From: Candidatus Latescibacterota bacterium
GTDB taxonomy: Bacteria; Latescibacterota; UBA2968; UBA8231
DNA length: 64,000 nucleotides
Direction: 5' to 3'
NCBI GenBank assembly: GCA_965197905.1
Contig: CBDAOB010000005.1
Span: forward strand, 1,088,001-1,152,000
This document shows positions 50,705 through 60,758 of the stretch, in pieces; position 1 is the stretch's first letter; each line of letters begins with the position of its first letter. The notes under the pieces were generated by a model. That model was not told the DNA's origin. It saw only the letters and a program-made list of their open reading frames with translations, and ran no database searches. Both the position numbers and the translations under genes were made by a program.

Positions 50705-53230
50705 ATGTCCAATCCTTTCGTGCCCATCGACTTGACCGGCAGCTTCAACGCCGGATTGGAAAATCCCGATTTAGGCGATCGGCGGCTGTGGCCCTCGTCC
50801 GCAGGGGATCCCGACGACACACCGTTGCAACGCCTACCGGCCGGCGATGTTCAGTTTTGGGGAATCCCTTTTAACCTGGCCTCGGCGAGCGCGAGCAAGC
50901 GTTTTGTCCTGGTTTGCCAGGAGGGGGCGGAGGTCGTCCCGGACTCGATCACCATACCTGTGGGCACCGAGGCGCGGCGGCTCCTGTTTGCCCATGTGTG
51001 CGCCCCCACGGGTAGCGAATCTCCAACGCTTGAAGGCGCCGGTGAGCCGATCGGCGAGTACCGGATTCTGTTCGAGGATGGCAGCGAGAGCGTGCAGCTG
51101 CGCCGTCGCTTCGAAGTGCACGACGTGGAGATTCCCTGGGGCCACCACCCGTTTCAGTGCCGCAACTGTCAATTGTTCCGCTCGGTGCCGGTGGATGATC
51201 GCAACCTGGTTTGGGGGCGGGCACAGACAGGCGTGTACAGCGGAACTCTGGACGATCAGGCCAGCGACCAGGATGGATGGTGGCTCTTCGACTGGGAGAA
51301 TCCTTCCCCTGAGAAAACGATCAAGGCGATCGAGGTCTCAGCGGCTGGGGAAGCCGCATTGGCGCTGGGAGCCATTACGGTCTGCAACGAGGATCGCGAT
51401 CCGCTGCTCTGGGTCCCACGTAAAGAGGTCGCGGTGGCGGTTGAAGGCAATACAGACGGGGCCGCACCGCAGGTTGAGATGGACCGGGGCGTAATTGCGC
51501 GGCAGGACGACCTGTTGGTTCCTGGCGAAGATTTCCTCGACACCGACGAAGCGGGGTGGGGTGTCGGGGGCCAGCGGGTGGAAAAAGGCGGATATCTGGA
51601 GATTCACGGATCGGCGGAAGGTACGATCCAAGTCAAGGCGGCGGAAGACAAAACCCAACTCTTTCGGTGGGGCGATCTGCTCGAGCAAGGAAGTCAGGAG
51701 CAGGGTCGCGTGCGGATCGAGCTTGTGAGTCCTCACGGCAAAGAATGGGTGCATGTCCGCGTTGAGGATGAAACCACCGGGAACCCCGTAGGTGCGCGGA
51801 TCCATTTCCGCTCGGCTCAAGGCGCTTATTTCGCCCCCCACGGCCATCAGGCCGATGTCAACGACGCGTGGTTCGAGGATCTCGGCGGCGACTGTCGCAC
51901 CCGCGGAACACCATACGCTTACATCGACGGCACCTGTCAGATCGAATTGCCGGTTGGTCAGGTGTTGGCGGAAGTCGTGCGTGGCTTTGAGTATGTGCCG
52001 GTGCGGCGGGAGCTCGAGATCAAACCTGGACAGCGAGATCTGACCCTCAAGATTCGCCGCTCCATCGATATGAAGGAGCGGCGCTACTATTCGGGCGACA
52101 CCCATGTGCACTTCCTCTCGTCCCAGTCCAGCCACCTGGAGGCTGCTGGCGAAGATCTCAACGTCGTCAATCTCCTTGCCAGCCAATGGGGTCGACTCTT
52201 TACCTCTTGGGAGGAATTTACCGGCGGCCTTTCCCCAACGAGCAGCGCCGACCACCTGATTTGGGTCAGTCAGGAAAACCGGCAACATGTGCTCGGTCAC
52301 ATCAGTCTCCTGGGATTGAAGGAGATGGTTGCGCCCATGTGCACCGGCGGTCCCAACGAGGATTGGATAGGCGGCGAAGTACAGACCCTGATGGCCGATT
52401 GGGCCGAAGCGTGCAGGCGACAGGGCGGCACTGTCATCATGCCTCACATGCCCGTTCCAGATTTCGAGAACGCCGCCAACATCGTGCTCGGACAGGCAGA
52501 TGCGGCGGAGATGTGCTGGGTTTGGCAGGGGGAGAAGATAGGGCAGGGAGAGCGGGGTTATTACCGATGGCTCAACGTGGGTCAAAAATTGCCCATCGTC
52601 GGCGGCACCGACAAGATGTCCAATGGGCGTATTCTCGGGGGCTCCCGAACCTATGCAAAGCTTGGGGACGACGAGGAGTTCACCTATGAGAATTGGTGTA
52701 AGGCGGTTCGTCGCGGAAACACCTTTGCCAGCACCGGGGCGATGATCGATCTCAAGGTGGAGGGTCACAGCATGGGAGATGAGATCCGTCTACCCGGCAA
52801 CGGTGGACGGATCGAAGTCGATGCCGTGGCCGAGAGCGTTTGGCCCCTGACCGGGATCGAACTGATCGTCAATGGTGAATCGGTTGCCCAGGAGACCACG
52901 GAAGGTGAGCGCCGAATCAGCATCAACTTCAAACTCAAGACCGAGGTGTCCTGTTGGGTCGCAGCCCGTTGTTGGGGCTCCTACCTCACCGATGCAGGCC
53001 CGGTCATGGCTCACTCATCCCCCGTGTACATCGATGTAGGGAAGAGGGAGGCCTTTGTTGAGGCCGAGGGGAACTATCTCCTGACCCACATGGAGGGGGG
53101 TATCGCCTGGGCCCAGCAGCTCGGCGTGTTCAAAGATGACTCCGTGCGAAACCGATTGATCGCCCTCTTTCGCGAGGCGCAACGGGAACTGCAGCGCCGG
53201 GGGTGCCACGAGCAAACCGAGCCGGCGTAA
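50705..53230 (+). CDS. CehA/McbA-like (PHP-type) metallohydrolase with N-terminal beta-sandwich domain
   Basis: RGFEY, YSGDTHVH, QENR...GH, YYRWLNVG, GGTD and AHSSPVY motifs. Confidence 0.78.
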   Translation: MSNPFVPIDLTGSFNAGLENPDLGDRRLWPSSAGDPDDTPLQRLPAGDVQFWGIPFNLASASASKRFVLVCQEGAEVVPDSITIPVGTEARRLLFAHVCAPTGSESPTLEGAGEPIGEYRILFEDGSESVQLRRRFEVHDVEIPWGHHPFQCRNCQLFRSVPVDDRNLVWGRAQTGVYSGTLDDQASDQDGWWLFDWENPSPEKTIKAIEVSAAGEAALALGAITVCNEDRDPLLWVPRKEVAVAVEGNTDGAAPQVEMDRGVIARQDDLLVPGEDFLDTDEAGWGVGGQRVEKGGYLEIHGSAEGTIQVKAAEDKTQLFRWGDLLEQGSQEQGRVRIELVSPHGKEWVHVRVEDETTGNPVGARIHFRSAQGAYFAPHGHQADVNDAWFEDLGGDCRTRGTPYAYIDGTCQIELPVGQVLAEVVRGFEYVPVRRELEIKPGQRDLTLKIRRSIDMKERRYYSGDTHVHFLSSQSSHLEAAGEDLNVVNLLASQWGRLFTSWEEFTGGLSPTSSADHLIWVSQENRQHVLGHISLLGLKEMVAPMCTGGPNEDWIGGEVQTLMADWAEACRRQGGTVIMPHMPVPDFENAANIVLGQADAAEMCWVWQGEKIGQGERGYYRWLNVGQKLPIVGGTDKMSNGRILGGSRTYAKLGDDEEFTYENWCKAVRRGNTFASTGAMIDLKVEGHSMGDEIRLPGNGGRIEVDAVAESVWPLTGIELIVNGESVAQETTEGERRISINFKLKTEVSCWVAARCWGSYLTDAGPVMAHSSPVYIDVGKREAFVEAEGNYLLTHMEGGIAWAQQLGVFKDDSVRNRLIALFREAQRELQRRGCHEQTEPA

Positions 53231-53245
53231 ACGAGATCGAAACCC

Positions 53246-54637
53246 GTGGACTTCGCACGTTCCTTGCCCGTAATATCCGAACCCGATGTACTAGTGGTCG
53301 GCGCGGGGTGTGCCGGCACTGCGGCTGCGTTGGCAGCGGCACGCCTCGGCGCCAACACCATGTTGGTCGAACGCTCTGGTTTCTGCGGCGGTTACATCAC
53401 TAACGTCTGCGGAGCGGGTCTGGACGGATTCGTGGATCTGCGTTCCGGGCGTCCCGTCGCAGGGGGAATCGCCATGGAACTGGCCACAGCCGCGGCGATC
53501 ACAGATGCCCCACAGCCGCTGAGAAACGCCCGATTCCACTTCAACGTGGAGCTCGGGCACGTCCGCGATGATCGTGATCGGCACCGAATTCGATTCGACG
53601 TGGAGCGCTTCAAGCTGACCGCTGATCGGCTGCTGGCTGCTGCCGGTGTGCGCGTGATCTATCACACGGTTGTAGCCGACGCCATCGCAAGTTCTCAGCG
53701 GGTGGACGGTGTGGTGGTAACCAACAAGGCTGGGCTGGGTGTCATCAAAGCCCAGATCGTTGTGGATGCCAGTGGCGATGCGGACGTGGTGGCGTTTGCC
53801 GGCGGCGAGTTCGAGTTCGATCCCATGGATTGCCAACCGATGAGTCTCCATTTTCGTGTTGGCGGTATAGCACCCACGCGCGAGCTGCGAATGGCCTGTG
53901 GTGCGGTTTTGGACGCGGCCCATCGCGACGGACTCCTTGGGTTATACGCTGGGCCGTGGATGTCGGAGATCGCCCCTCGAGAGGTGTATTTCAATGCCAC
54001 GAGGATCAATGGCAACCCGCTTGATCCGGAAGATCTGAGTCGCGCCGAGGTTCGGGGACGCGAGGATGCTCATGCGATGTTCGCCTTGTTCAAACAACAC
54101 ATTCCCGCGTTCCGCGACGCCCACTTTGCAAGCAGCGGGCCCACGGTGGGGGTGCGCGAATCCCGTCGGGTACGAGGTGTAGGAACTTTGACCGCCGCAG
54201 ACATCGTCGAGCGGCGCTCCCATCATGATGTTGTCGGCCTTGGCGCCTAGTGGCTGGATCGCCATCCATCGACAAGCTCAGGCTATCATGAACACGTGTT
54301 GGTGCGACCGTACGACATTCCGTTTGGCACTCTCGTTCCCATCGGTATGGCGAATCTGTTGGTAGCCGGCCGCTGCCACTCCGCCGAGGCAGGGGCGCTG
54401 GCGTCCAGCCGGGTCACCGTTACCTGTATGGTAATGGGAGAGGCAGCCGGCACTGCAGCCGCGCTGGCAGCCGAGAGAAAGGTGGAGGTGCGGGCCGTGC
54501 CCGTTGCGGCGTTGCAAGACAGCTTGCTGGCGAACGGGGCCGTCATACTCGAGCAGGCGGACCGTCTACGCGAGGAAGGGGATCGCATCTCCCACAGGGA
54601 GACGGCGACCCCCAATCTCGATCTCGAGGAGAAATAA
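53246..54637 (+). CDS. FAD-dependent oxidoreductase (FAD_oxidored type) with in-frame TAG at 54248-54250
   Basis: DVLVVGAG, VDASGDAD, GVRESRR, then LGA*WLDRHP...PYDIPF..LVP...NLLVAGRC in the same frame. Confidence 0.85.
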
Positions 54638-54645
54638 GGTGTAGG

Positions 54646-55527
54646 ATGTTAAATGAGGAACAGATCGAGTCCTTCCAAAGGAACGGATTTCTGAACGGCG
54701 GATGCGTTCTCGACGACGCTGCAATCGCCGAGTTGTCCGAGGATCTGGAGCGCATTGTTCAACAGGGGAAACGCGGTTTCACGGAAGGGAGCGGCAGCCT
54801 ATTTCCTTCAGGGATATCAATGCCCTGCGGACCGGCGATGGGGGGCAACCAGTGTGGCAGATTGTCAACATCTGGGAGGCCTCCGACCCGTTTCATCGCT
54901 TGATCTACCATCCATCCATCGTCAAGGCGGTTAGTCAGTTGACCGGAGAACCGGCATTGTCCGTATGGCACGATCAGATCCAGTACAAACCGGCGAGCTA
55001 TGGTGGCGCCACCACGTGGCACCAGGATGCGCCGCTGTGGCCCAGCATACGACCCATGACGCCGGTGTCGGCGTGGATCCCTTTGGGACGACGCGGACGA
55101 AGAGAACGGATGCATGTGGATGGTGCCAGGGAGCCACAGGTGGGGCAATCAGATTGCTTTTCTGCGACGCCAGGAGAAACTCACCGGCTTGACCGAATTT
55201 GCCGGAATCGAAACCTTTGAACCTCCCGCGAGCGCGGAGATCACAACAGTCGATCCGAAACCCTGGCCAGTGGAGAGGGGAGAGGTTTCGTTTCACCACT
55301 CGATGGCCTGGCACGGATCTCCCGTCAATCACTCCTCACGTCCACGCCGGGCAATTGCTATTCATTACATGACGGGAGAGACCCGGTTCGTAAAGGACGG
55401 GATGCACCTCATGGGCGAGCTGATAGATCTGGAAGACGGCACGCTCATGAGTGAAGCCGGCGCCCATTTTCCACGGGTATGCGAGGAGGGAAAACCGCTT
55501 GCCTGCCCAGGTGCTGTTGCCACCTAG
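54646..55527 (+). CDS. Phytanoyl-CoA dioxygenase family protein; compensating frameshifts at ~54789 and ~55086
   Basis: FQRNGF, WHQD, WIPL/DDADEENGCMWMVPGSH, FHHS..WHGS..N.S.RPRRA motifs. Confidence 0.85.
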
Positions 55528-55556
55528 ACCAAAGAACCACTGGAAAGGGACGAGGA

Positions 55557-56717
55557 ATGTCTGAGGTTGAAATCGGTATTATCGGTATCGGCGGTATGGG
55601 CGGTTTCCATATCAATTACCTTTCGAAAGGCGAGGTGCCCGGCGCCAGGCTGGCGGCGGTTTGCGACCTCAGCCCAGACCGCGTGAAGTGGGCGCGGGAG
55701 AACCTGGGGGATACCGTTCGGTGCTTCGACGACGAGGAAGCGTTTTTCGCGGCCGAAAACCTCGATGGTGTCATCGTGGCTACACCCCACTACCTCCATC
55801 CGGAACTGGTTATCAAATCTCTGGACCACGACCTGCACGTACTGTCCGAAAAGCCGGCAGGGGTGTACACAAAACAGGTGCGCGAGATGAACGAGAGGGC
55901 GGCACGCAGTGACAAAAAATTCTCCCTCATGTTCAACCAGCGCAGTCACGGCCAGCATCTGAAGCTTAGGGAGTTGGTCCAGAGTGGAGAGATAGGGGAG
56001 ATCCTGCGCACTAACTACATCATCACCGACTGGTTCAGAGCGCAGAGCTATTATGACGGAGGCGGGTGGAGAGCGACCTGGTCGGGCGAGGGAGGAGGGG
56101 TCCTCGCGAACCAGTGTCCTCACAACCTGGATCTGTGGCAGTGGATCTGTGGCATGCCGAAGCGGGTCCGGGCATTTATCGGATTCGGCAAGTATCACGA
56201 CATCGAGGTGGATGACGACGTCACGGCGTACGTCGAATACGAGAACGGAGCCACCGGTGTTTTCATAACCACGACCGGGGAAGCGCCAGGATCGAATCGT
56301 CTCGAGATCACCGGTGATAGAGGCAAGCTTCTCCTGGAGCACGACCAGATCACCTTCTGGCGCACGGAGGTCCCCGTCGGTCAGTTCCGTCGCGAATGGA
56401 AGGGAGGCTTTGGCGTGCCCCCTGTCTGGAAGTGCGAGATCGCACCGAAAGCCGGCGGCGGGCATGTGGGAATCTGCAAGAACTGGGTTGCCGCCATCCG
56501 GGGCGACGAACCATTGCTTGCCGCAGGCCAGGAAGGTATAAACGGAGTCGAGCTCTCCAACGCCATGCTGTTGTCCGCCTGGCTGGACGACTGGGTGAAT
56601 ATCCCGGTGGACGAGGATCTGTTCTACGCCAAGTTGCAGGAAAAGATCGCCTCCTCAACGGTTGTCAAGGAAGACAAGGACAACGTGATGGACACCGACG
56701 GCACCTTCGGTACTTGA
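55557..56717 (+). CDS. Gfo/Idh/MocA family oxidoreductase
   Basis: IGIIGIGGMG, ATPHYLH, SEKP and GGGVLANQCPHNLD motifs; GAGG RBS. Confidence 0.92.
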   Translation: MSEVEIGIIGIGGMGGFHINYLSKGEVPGARLAAVCDLSPDRVKWARENLGDTVRCFDDEEAFFAAENLDGVIVATPHYLHPELVIKSLDHDLHVLSEKPAGVYTKQVREMNERAARSDKKFSLMFNQRSHGQHLKLRELVQSGEIGEILRTNYIITDWFRAQSYYDGGGWRATWSGEGGGVLANQCPHNLDLWQWICGMPKRVRAFIGFGKYHDIEVDDDVTAYVEYENGATGVFITTTGEAPGSNRLEITGDRGKLLLEHDQITFWRTEVPVGQFRREWKGGFGVPPVWKCEIAPKAGGGHVGICKNWVAAIRGDEPLLAAGQEGINGVELSNAMLLSAWLDDWVNIPVDEDLFYAKLQEKIASSTVVKEDKDNVMDTDGTFGT

Positions 56718-56730
56718 GGGCATCGCCCTC

Positions 56731-57690
56731 GTGCCGATAACCACCGGCTCCTTCTTTCGCCCTCCCGCACTGCAGTTCAACGCCCATCTACAGACGGTCA
56801 TCCCTAACACTATGCGCCGGGTGATCTCGGTGCAGTACCGACGGCAGCGGATACACACGGCCGACGGCGACTTTCTCGACCTGGATTGGTCCGAAGTCGG
56901 CAGCGACCGGCTCGCCGTATTGTGCCACGGCTTAGAAGGGGATTCTCACAGGCCGTATATCCTGGGAATGGCTGCCCAACTGAACAGATCCGGCTGGGAT
57001 GTGCTGGCGTGGAATTTCCGCGGGTGCAGTGGGCAGATGAACGAGAAACCGCGGTTCTACCACGCCGGCGACACGGAGGATCTTCAGTCAGTACTGGAGT
57101 CCGCGGCCGTAAGAAGCTACGCCACACTGGGTCTGGTAGGTTTCAGTATCGGTGCGAATATGGTGGTGCGCCTTCTAGGTGATCGCCACAGCAGGGTTCC
57201 CGCGAATACGATCGGTGCGGTAGCGGTTTCGGCACCCTGCGACCTGGAATCCAGCACTCTGCAACTGCACCGCCTCCGCAATCGACCCTATCTGCACCGA
57301 TTCCTGCGCATGCTCAAGGCGAAGGTCAAAGCCAAGGCGGACCGTTACCCCGATCTCTTCGACCTGGACTACCTGAGTCGCGTGCGAGATTTCAAGCAGT
57401 TCGACGATCGCTATACCGCTCCGCTTCACGGATTTACGGACGCCGTGCAGTACTGGCGCGAGAGCGGGAGTCTTCAGGCTCTCGGTTCTATCGACCTGCC
57501 GTTGCTGATGATCAGCGCCGGGAACGATACCTTTCTGGGGCCGGAATGTTTTCCACATGCGGAAGCGACCCGCAACAACAACCTGTTTCTCGAGATTTCG
57601 ACTGCGGGTGGCCATGTCGGTTTCGCCGTGCGCGGCGGCGGTTACTGGTCCGAAATCCGCACTGCCGAGTTCCTGGGTGGACTCTGTTGA
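56731..57690 (+). CDS. YheT-like alpha/beta hydrolase
   Basis: HLQT, DGDFLDLDW, HGLEG, NFRGCSG, GFSIG and GGHVGF motifs. Confidence 0.9.
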   Translation: MPITTGSFFRPPALQFNAHLQTVIPNTMRRVISVQYRRQRIHTADGDFLDLDWSEVGSDRLAVLCHGLEGDSHRPYILGMAAQLNRSGWDVLAWNFRGCSGQMNEKPRFYHAGDTEDLQSVLESAAVRSYATLGLVGFSIGANMVVRLLGDRHSRVPANTIGAVAVSAPCDLESSTLQLHRLRNRPYLHRFLRMLKAKVKAKADRYPDLFDLDYLSRVRDFKQFDDRYTAPLHGFTDAVQYWRESGSLQALGSIDLPLLMISAGNDTFLGPECFPHAEATRNNNLFLEISTAGGHVGFAVRGGGYWSEIRTAEFLGGLC

Positions 57691-57702
57691 GCGACCAACG
57701 AA

Positions 57703-59898
57703 CTAGGATTGATCGAGGACGCGACGTACCGTCTGCAGGAGTTCCGGAAGCCGGTACGGCTTTTTGAGCAGGGCGTCAGGGGTCTTGCCGTTCCCGTGAT
57801 CCTGCAGGTGTCCGGTGGAGACGATGATTCGAGGACACGGCGACTCGGCACGAATCTCGTTCAAGAATTCCTGTCCGGACATGCGCGGCATGCTGAGGTC
57901 GAGCATAATGAGGTTGATTCGTTCCCGCTCCAGACGAAACTGATCTAACCCCTCTTTGCCGTCCCGCGCGCTCAAGACTACGTAGCCATAGCGAGTCAGC
58001 ATGGTTTTCGTCATGCGCAACACCTCTGCCTCGTCCTCGATGAGGAGCACGGTTTCCGTGCCTCGAGGTGTCTCTTCGGGGGCAGTGGGAATCAGGCGGG
58101 AACCGGATCCCTCCAAAGCAGGCAGGTAAACGGAAAAGGTGGTTCCAGAGCCTGGCTCGCTTTCGCAGTCGATCCAACCGTCGTGTTCCTTGACGATTCC
58201 GTACGCCATGGCTAGCCCCAGTCCGGTTCCGTGACCCACCTTTTTTGTGGTGAAGAAAGGCTCGAATATCCGCATCTGGGTGGATTCGTTCATGCCCAGG
58301 CCATTATCCTGCACACAGATGCGAACGAAACGGCGCCACTTGTTTGATGGTCCAACCGAGTCGGGCCGTTCCACCAGATCGATACTTAGATCGATTCGAC
58401 GTGGCCCACCCTCATTCTTAGGGTCGACCAACGCATCCTGAGCATTGATGCAAAGATTCAGCAGGACCTGCTCTATCTGGCTGGGATCACCGAGGATGTC
58501 GGGTATTTCACTGGCGATCTCCGAACGAATGTCGATTCTCTTGTCGAAGGTTTGCTCACATATCTCCATCGCATTGGCAATAGCCATAGCCGGATCTGTG
58601 CGTTTCTTGGTAACTTCGGCGTTGCGACTGAAAAGCATGAGCTGCTTGATCATTTCAGATTTGCGCTGGCAGACGGAGATGGCGTCCTCCAACCGCTTGC
58701 GGATCGGCTTGCCCGACTCGAGAATGCCCAGTTCCAAATTGCCCATCAGAACCTGGAGCATATTGTTGAAATTGTGTGCCAGGCCGGCGGCCAACTGTCC
58801 CACGGCCTCCATTTTCTGGGCTTGCCGCAGACGCTCCTCACTGCTCCTCAGCTCGCGATATACCCGCGAATGAGACAGCGCAATGGCGGTTAGGTCGAGC
58901 AGGGGATTCATCGCATCGATTCGCGCGATCATCTCAGCTCGCTGTGAGTCGTTGCTCCCAGTCCCCAATACAGCCAAGACCCGATCGCCGTGCTTGACCG
59001 GAATGAAATATGCTACCTGTCCCTCATGTTCTTCGGGTGAGCTCCCCTCCGCATTGTAACGCTCTTCATCCCAGCCCTCTACTACTTCAAACTCTCCGGT
59101 GCGTACCACGAAAGCGAATATGTCGGGGCTGTCGAGGTCGTAACTATAGTTGATGGGTGCAGCGAAGTGTCCTCGCTGACAGTCATACTGCCAACTGCGG
59201 ACCATCTCTATCGAATGGTTCTCGTCGTCGACGAGAGCGACTGCGAGGCTGCGAAATACTCCTGCATTGACGATCTGCTCGGTGAGGCTGTCGAGGATGG
59301 TGTCGAGATCTAACGACGACAGCACGGAGCTTCCCATGCGGTGAAATGATTCCAGCAGCCGCGTCCGTTCCTCCAGCAGGTTGTTGGACTCTGCCAGCGC
59401 TTTCGACTTTTCCTTCAGCTCGTCCTCGGCAAGCTTGCGCGAAGTAACGTCCTGCAGAATGACCTGCACCGATGTGACAGTGCCATCCGGGTCGCGAACG
59501 GGGAAGCAGGAAGCGGATGCCCACCGCTGCTCTCCATCCTTGCGCACCAGGCGAAACTCCACGTGTTGCACCGGTCTGCCAATCCGCGCCTTACCGAACG
59601 CCCGCTCGCCCAGCTTGTGGTCGGCGGGGTGGGTGATCTGCCAACCGAGCCGCCATTTCGAGTAGAACTCGGCGGGCGTGTAACCGGTCACCTCCTCGAT
59701 CTTGGGGCTGACGTAGAGGTAGCGGCCGCGTCTATCCATCAGGATGACCCCCAGCGACGGGTTTTCGACCAGGGTCCTGTACTGCTCTTCGGAGGTTGCT
59801 TTTTCGCGCCGTAGACGCGTTAGCTCCGCCAGCAGCTGCGCCCGGCTCATCTCTTCGCTTCCGCTATCTATCTGGTTGGTTTCCAATGACATAGCCAT
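57703..59898 (-). CDS. Hybrid sensor histidine kinase (PAS-GAF-HisKA-HATPase-REC)
   Basis: PAS domain; QAQKMEAVGQLAAGLAHNFNN; DNGLGM, FEPFFTTK, GTGLGL; receiver DLSMP and KPY. Confidence 0.93.
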   Translation of the reverse strand: MAMSLETNQIDSGSEEMSRAQLLAELTRLRREKATSEEQYRTLVENPSLGVILMDRRGRYLYVSPKIEEVTGYTPAEFYSKWRLGWQITHPADHKLGERAFGKARIGRPVQHVEFRLVRKDGEQRWASASCFPVRDPDGTVTSVQVILQDVTSRKLAEDELKEKSKALAESNNLLEERTRLLESFHRMGSSVLSSLDLDTILDSLTEQIVNAGVFRSLAVALVDDENHSIEMVRSWQYDCQRGHFAAPINYSYDLDSPDIFAFVVRTGEFEVVEGWDEERYNAEGSSPEEHEGQVAYFIPVKHGDRVLAVLGTGSNDSQRAEMIARIDAMNPLLDLTAIALSHSRVYRELRSSEERLRQAQKMEAVGQLAAGLAHNFNNMLQVLMGNLELGILESGKPIRKRLEDAISVCQRKSEMIKQLMLFSRNAEVTKKRTDPAMAIANAMEICEQTFDKRIDIRSEIASEIPDILGDPSQIEQVLLNLCINAQDALVDPKNEGGPRRIDLSIDLVERPDSVGPSNKWRRFVRICVQDNGLGMNESTQMRIFEPFFTTKKVGHGTGLGLAMAYGIVKEHDGWIDCESEPGSGTTFSVYLPALEGSGSRLIPTAPEETPRGTETVLLIEDEAEVLRMTKTMLTRYGYVVLSARDGKEGLDQFRLERERINLIMLDLSMPRMSGQEFLNEIRAESPCPRIIVSTGHLQDHGNGKTPDALLKKPYRLPELLQTVRRVLDQS

Positions 59899-60012
59899 AC
59901 CGGGTCCCAGCAGTGAAACGGTATTCGTTCAGTATAGTATCGGGCTGCAAAGGCGGCAAGGAGGAACGCCTGTTGCTGCCTTCCCCGCGGTGCCATATAC
60001 TGTTCGATCACT

Positions 60013-60753
60013 ATGGAAAATCCACCCTCTCGGCCTCTACGCGCAGGGCTCTCAATCTTCTACATCCCCGGAGTCGTGGCGGCAATGATGGCACTGTTCT
60101 TTGCCGTGCAGGGATGTGGCGGGGGTACCTCCACGTCGAAGGACGAACCCGACTCCGGTGCGCGGACCTACCGTTTGGACGGCAGAGTCCGGTTGCTGGG
60201 TCGCATCGCCGATGCCGATGGACAGATCCAGGGCGACCTGTCGGTGGACAACGCCAGCGGCGTTCCGGTCTACCTGAGCAACGCATCGGGACTGCTCGAC
60301 ATGACCCACACCGAGGATGGTGGCTACACCTTCAGCGTGGAGTCGCCGGGCAGCTACCGGATCTCTTCCTGGGTGGTAACCTCGGATATGGATTCTACCG
60401 GACTGATCAACCTGGGCGTCGACAGGTTGCTGGTTTCGGACACCCTGCAACTGCCGACAGGGGGACAGGAGTCCTTCCTGACCCTCTTCCCTAACCCGAG
60501 ATCGGACAGCGGGACAAATATCGGGTTTACCATCGCGACCAGAGGGAACTACCGCCTGGATATCCTCGATCTCTCCGGGTCGCCGCTCAAGAACGTCTTC
60601 GACGGTTCGATCGAAGCGGGATCCTACACCTTGCGTTGGGACGGCACCACCGAAGACGGTCGTGACGCCGACGGAAACTATCATTGGGTGGTGCTGGCCC
60701 CGACCCGAGGGAACCGGATCTACGGTCTCACCATGCGCGCCACGGACGGTTGA
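60013..60753 (+). CDS. Putative lipoprotein with C-terminal FlgD Ig-like domain
   Basis: Lipobox VQGC after a hydrophobic stretch; FPNP...LDILDLSG...GSYTLRWDG..G. Confidence 0.72.
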   Translation: MENPPSRPLRAGLSIFYIPGVVAAMMALFFAVQGCGGGTSTSKDEPDSGARTYRLDGRVRLLGRIADADGQIQGDLSVDNASGVPVYLSNASGLLDMTHTEDGGYTFSVESPGSYRISSWVVTSDMDSTGLINLGVDRLLVSDTLQLPTGGQESFLTLFPNPRSDSGTNIGFTIATRGNYRLDILDLSGSPLKNVFDGSIEAGSYTLRWDGTTEDGRDADGNYHWVVLAPTRGNRIYGLTMRATDG

Positions 60754-60758
60754 CCAAA

